Of a DNA stretch of 64,000 nt, positions 59,307-64,000 are shown piece by piece. The stretch is taken from NCBI GenBank assembly GCA_973895155.1, contig OZ316892.1:1429223-1493222 (forward strand), in the 5' to 3' direction. The notes below the pieces were generated by a model, which ran no database searches, had not been told where the DNA came from, and saw only the letters and a program-made list of their open reading frames with translations. The position numbers and the translations under genes were made by a program. Source of the stretch: Marsupella aquatica (lineage: Eukaryota; Plantae; Marchantiophyta). Position 1 is the first letter of the stretch; each line of letters opens with the position of its first letter.

Positions 59307-62156
59307 ATCTCAATTTATTTTTGGAAAAGCAATGGAATGCCTATTGTAGGGAACCTACTAAAAAATGTTTATCGGATGAGCATGCCAGTTGACAAACCCA
59401 CTAATAAACCCGGGTGACGACGAAGGTGATGCTCGGAAGCGGAAAAATTGGGTGTCCTAGGTTTGTGGAATGTCGCTGAGGGGGACGTCTACAAGTGAAG
59501 AGTCAGCACATGATATTCCTATGCATCCAAAATGGGGTGCATATATAGCAAACAATGCAAGAAAGGACTGGTAAATTTGGGCAAAGCATAGTCGACACTA
59601 AGAACAATGACCCATCACAAGTGGGAGTGCAACCCACAGGTCTGTTGACCATATCAAATACACGCAGAGCCAGTGTATGGAAAAGTACTTGGACTCTGAT
59701 TGACCTTAATTTGGAAATGTCATACAATTCCGAATGTGAGAAATAAAACCACGCAGGTGCGATGTATCCTCCTAAGAAGACAAAGTAGTTTGCGCGCAAA
59801 ACCCACACATGCCAAAAGATCTACAGCAACGTGACCTACATAGGGTATGGCCATAATTGGATGCGCCCACATCTTCTATTTTGTTGCAGTATTGCAGTCC
59901 AGAGGTAGTGCATTTATGACACGTGTCTATATTGCAGAAAGACAGAAGAAAAGCACAATATGCAATTGCAAGACAGGACGAACATTACTCTATCTCTGAT
60001 GGGAAGGTTGTATACCATGCAACATACGTGTCTTCAAATCAGAGCAAACTTTTGGGAACCATGCATTGAAAGCACATGGTCTCTTCTCAGAGGATGACCC
60101 CAACAACTATGAGGAGGTGAAGAGGCAGGTACACAATGCCAGGAGAAGAAAACATCCTGACGGTCCCCAAGCCGCCAATTGGTACTATTGGGAAAAGGTT
60201 GCCATGAGAAGCAGTTGGGAGGTCGACAAAAAGATTGATGAGGTACACATGTTTATGGAAGAATAAGTACGTGCCACCAGTTTGCGCAAATCTGATTTAC
60301 TATGTGGAGGGTGAAGACTTGTTTATCGTTGGTTCTGTAATAATGGTGAAGGTTATTTTATGAAACTATTGATTAACTAACCCCAATTAATTGATGATTT
60401 AAAGGTGCTCTATACTTGAGAGGTACGTGAAACTGTCAAACCAAAAATTTATCATTGTGGAGCATAATCAGAGGAAGGCCAAGCAGGATTACAAGAAATG
60501 AAAAATTTGCAAAAAAGCCAGGACTCGAGAGAAAGCAATCCCTTTTCTTTTGAAATCATACAAGGCTTGGATGGAAGGATGCATAGCTGAAGAGGCTCCT
60601 CATTAGATAATTCAATTAAATGACTTCCATGTTTTGGCCCGTGTTTTGGTTTGCGACTGATTTTCTTGTCAAATTCAACATTCATGCGAGTTTTGCGGTT
60701 TATTTGTACAGGTTCATCTGGATTCAGCCTAGACTGACACATCTGATGAAGATGACACTATGGATGAAGAATTCTTCACCCAATTGAAGAAAGCACTCGA
60801 GACTAGGCAAACAAAAGAGTCAACACAGAAGGTAGAGGAGCCAAATCAATGTCCTTTGCAGTGGGCGACACCTGGGGCAGTTCAGTACCTTAAAAAATTG
60901 CCCGAGGATGAGGACGAGCGAGAGCGCAATGAGAACCATGGAGAGAAGCTTGTTATGCAAGCCATTGGCACTGTAGTTTGCCATAGAGAACCAAAAATCA
61001 CATTTTAAAGTCTCTAAACTCGGTATTCGTTCCCTTTAAGAACAAGATGGGGTTGGTTTGATGTAATAAACTAAAAACAAAGCTTTAAGCTCTTGTGTCA
61101 CACATAGTAATCAATCTTGACTACTTTAATCAGGTACTTTGAAGATCGCTCCACAGCGGTGAGTAGTTTTTGATGATAACTCAACATCAGATAACCTTCA
61201 ATTAAGCAAAAGATTGCAATTAACAAAACACAAGGAAAAATCTCTCAGAGTATGCTTAAGGGAGTCTGGAATAGACCAAGGTTACTCCTTAGACATAAGT
61301 AATAATGGAATGACTTTAAGGGGAATCCAAATCCACACGGCTTTTCAGATCTAAACTGCATACTAGAGTATCCTTTTAAAATGCCGGCAACATGTCTTGA
61401 CCTTTCTTCCTAAGTGATACTTAGTCAAGATCTAAAAGGATAAATACTTCAGCATTTAGATGGTACTAAGCAACATGAAGGTGAAAACATCATTTCCAAT
61501 GTAACTTAAACTCAATGAGTTAACTCTAAGAACTTGTGAGATTACAATGTGTCACCAAAGCGGAATCTGACATTATAATTCACGAGATTCATAACTGAGG
61601 TTTTACTTCAAGTATTTGGGTTCCAAAATACAAGAAGGAGGTAAGTCTCTCCAAATGTTAAACCTGATCTCGAACTCATAGATTCATGATCAACTAGTTT
61701 AACACAAGGGAGAGGCAAAACTGCAAAACTTAACCATCTCTCTACACTAGGGGAAGAGGTATAAATAGTGATGAACTACAGAATAAGAGGTCACAGGGTC
61801 GAAGAGACATGCCTCTTCATACCCCTCAAAAAGTCAAAACGACGATTCAATAAGTGGAAAGCCGGAAAAAATGGCTAAGTATGAACTCTTAAACTCTTAA
61901 AAACTTAAACTCTTAAAAACTTAAAAACTTAAACTCTTAAACTCTTAATTTCGGTATACTAAAAATTGAGTAGATTCAACTATTTTTAACTTTCTACTCC
62001 TGGTTCGGAAAACTCTGAAATTTTTCCAGTAGGGTTTCCTAGGTACAGACTACACACTAAAGAAGTATGACAGCTTCTAAAGCTCTAGAACACATTTCTA
62101 AAAATCAGATAAGATGCACTACTCTAAAAACTAACTAAGAACACTTAGAGACTTCT

Positions 62157-63987
62157 TCAAGCTTGCTGTCGGATGTCCTCTGGTTCTAGTAACTCCACAA
62201 GGGTAACAATTCGGTTCTGGGTAACCTCTATCAGCTTAGCTTGGCGTGGGGATCCTCTAGAGTAGGGTAGGCACCTTAGTTGTCTCTCAGGATACATCAA
62301 AGGCATTCTCTTCATCAAATAACAGGAATCTGTACGAAGAGCTTCTCTGTATATCCCTAGTACATCATAGTTGTTGCAGGTGGCAGCATATACTTGGGGA
62401 TAGTGATGCAGAAACTCATCACTATTCATCATCCTGGAATAGAAGGGTCGAAGTCTCCATCTGACATCCTTAAAATATCGGTTGAAATGAGCCAGGGTCT
62501 GAGTAGTGACATTATTCCAGATCCTCTGTTTCTCAGCTAGGGAACTGGTGGAAACAAGGACAACCTTCGGCTCTCGTGGGATGTAAGAGTTCTGGTGAGA
62601 AGTGGATTTCTTACTCTGCATGAGAAAAGAAATCACAAAGTCCAGAGCGTAAGCTGCAAAATTCCCGAAATAGGCCAAAACCAAATCTGGATCTTCTACT
62701 TCTACATCCCCTTGAAGTAGCATCATAGCAAGGATGGGTCGGAAGTAGATTGAGTCAGCCCAGAACTCATCAAATTGAGCCATCTCCACTCTTGAAGTTC
62801 CGAAACTTCTGAGGTCAAATATGTAACTGGCCTCAGTCTTCTTAAGGTAGTAGTATCTCCAAAACTCTCCAATTGGGGGTCTGTTGGCCTGCATTATCTT
62901 ACAAGTCTCCACGTACCTCTACACTTGAGACTCTGGATGTCGTGTATATCTTTTCTCAATGACAGAATACCGGGGTGTTTGAGTAGAGGAGGTGACAACT
63001 GCCACTAAATTTGGATCAGATCTTAAGGTAGTGTCAACATCCTCAAATCCTTGCCTTGGTGACGACTCGTATGGCAGTAATAGTTGGTTCAACCACGACT
63101 TCTTGTTGCTCAGGAAAAATCTCGTCTCCTTCAGCTTCAAGTTGATCTGCTCCACTGATTTCTCTTGGAGAGTATAAAATGACCTCCATGTTGTGTTCAG
63201 GGGGAAATTCCGAACCATCTATCGAGACATCCTCCATATTAACATCCTGATCAGTGGAATTCAGCAGAATGTCCTGTTCTGATTCTGCTACACTAATTTC
63301 TTCCTCAATGTCCAACTCGATCAGAAGTAATCCCCTTTCTGTTTTCTCCTCCGGATGTAAACAGTCATGTGCTTGATACAGCTGAGATAGATAGACTTGT
63401 AGACAAGTAGGTCTGCCTGCCTTCATACTTCTCACCTGATCGTGCATCACATTGAAAAGTAACAACGCCCAATTTACTTGAATAGCTCCACTGTGAGAAG
63501 CTACGATAGTATTCGCCAATGCCACAGGGCAGATAGTTGGTCTCTTCGGATGGAGAATGGGCACTAGAAATTCTAAAAGAATCCTCAAATCCGGATAGGT
63601 ACATTGTGTCACATTCCAGCCATTGGTAGGATGGCGAATCCCTGAAAAGTAAGGAGTGGACAAATCTTTTTTCTTTGAATATAATCCTTCTCCATCTAAG
63701 GGGCAGCGGAAGGCATGAGCTACTTGCTCAACTGTCCATAAACTTGGCCGAGCTCGAATGGTTTGTCGAAATTCAGGGGCAATCAGTGATCCTCTCACAA
63801 AATCCTGTAAATAAGAGTCGAGCTCCACATTCCAAGGGATTGCGAGTAGATGTTCCAATCCGAGCTGCTGTAACGATGTTCTCAAATTTTCACAACTGTC
63901 GGGCGCCAAAGGAATTCGAGCGACCACACTCTTAGGAATTGCCAGAGTTTGAACACGATACTGTGCATCAGCGTTCAAGTTAGCCAT
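62157..63987 (-). pseudogene. Third homolog of the X/Y LTR-protein domain, frameshifted
   Basis: LQQLGLEHLLAIPW, NGW...C...LEFL..LH and VNWA match the X/Y motifs; continues in ORFs 63218 and 62912. Confidence 0.65.
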
Positions 63988-64000
63988 AGCTCAAATTCTG

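Noticed and set aside
59310-61010. Short plus-strand ORFs (60066, 60760) as a host gene
   Set aside because: Fragmentary, no recognisable domain, and no exon chain I can support.

Overview
Eukaryotic nuclear DNA, most likely from a non-seed land plant (the transposon families look bryophyte-like). It is made almost entirely of nested, mostly decayed transposable elements, and I found no clear host gene. Contents: two L1-like LINE remnants, a MITE, a decayed Ty3/gypsy element (14768-27451), an intact and very young Bianca-type Ty1/copia (35597-41380), other copia/gypsy fragments (one with a PHD finger), a P-element-like transposase gene with an intron, MULE-like transposase remnants and a kinase pseudogene. 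The main signal is that LTRs themselves carry conserved genes, in two unrelated ways. (1) Four diverged ~1.1-1.4 kb LTR families (six copies) encode the same stop-start-coupled pair of ~70-aa paralogous microproteins downstream of the TATA box, behind family-specific tandem arrays. (2) ~4-kb TG...CA solo-LTR-like units encode a single ~770-890-aa protein. All alignments were done by eye, with no database searches, so novelty is unverified.
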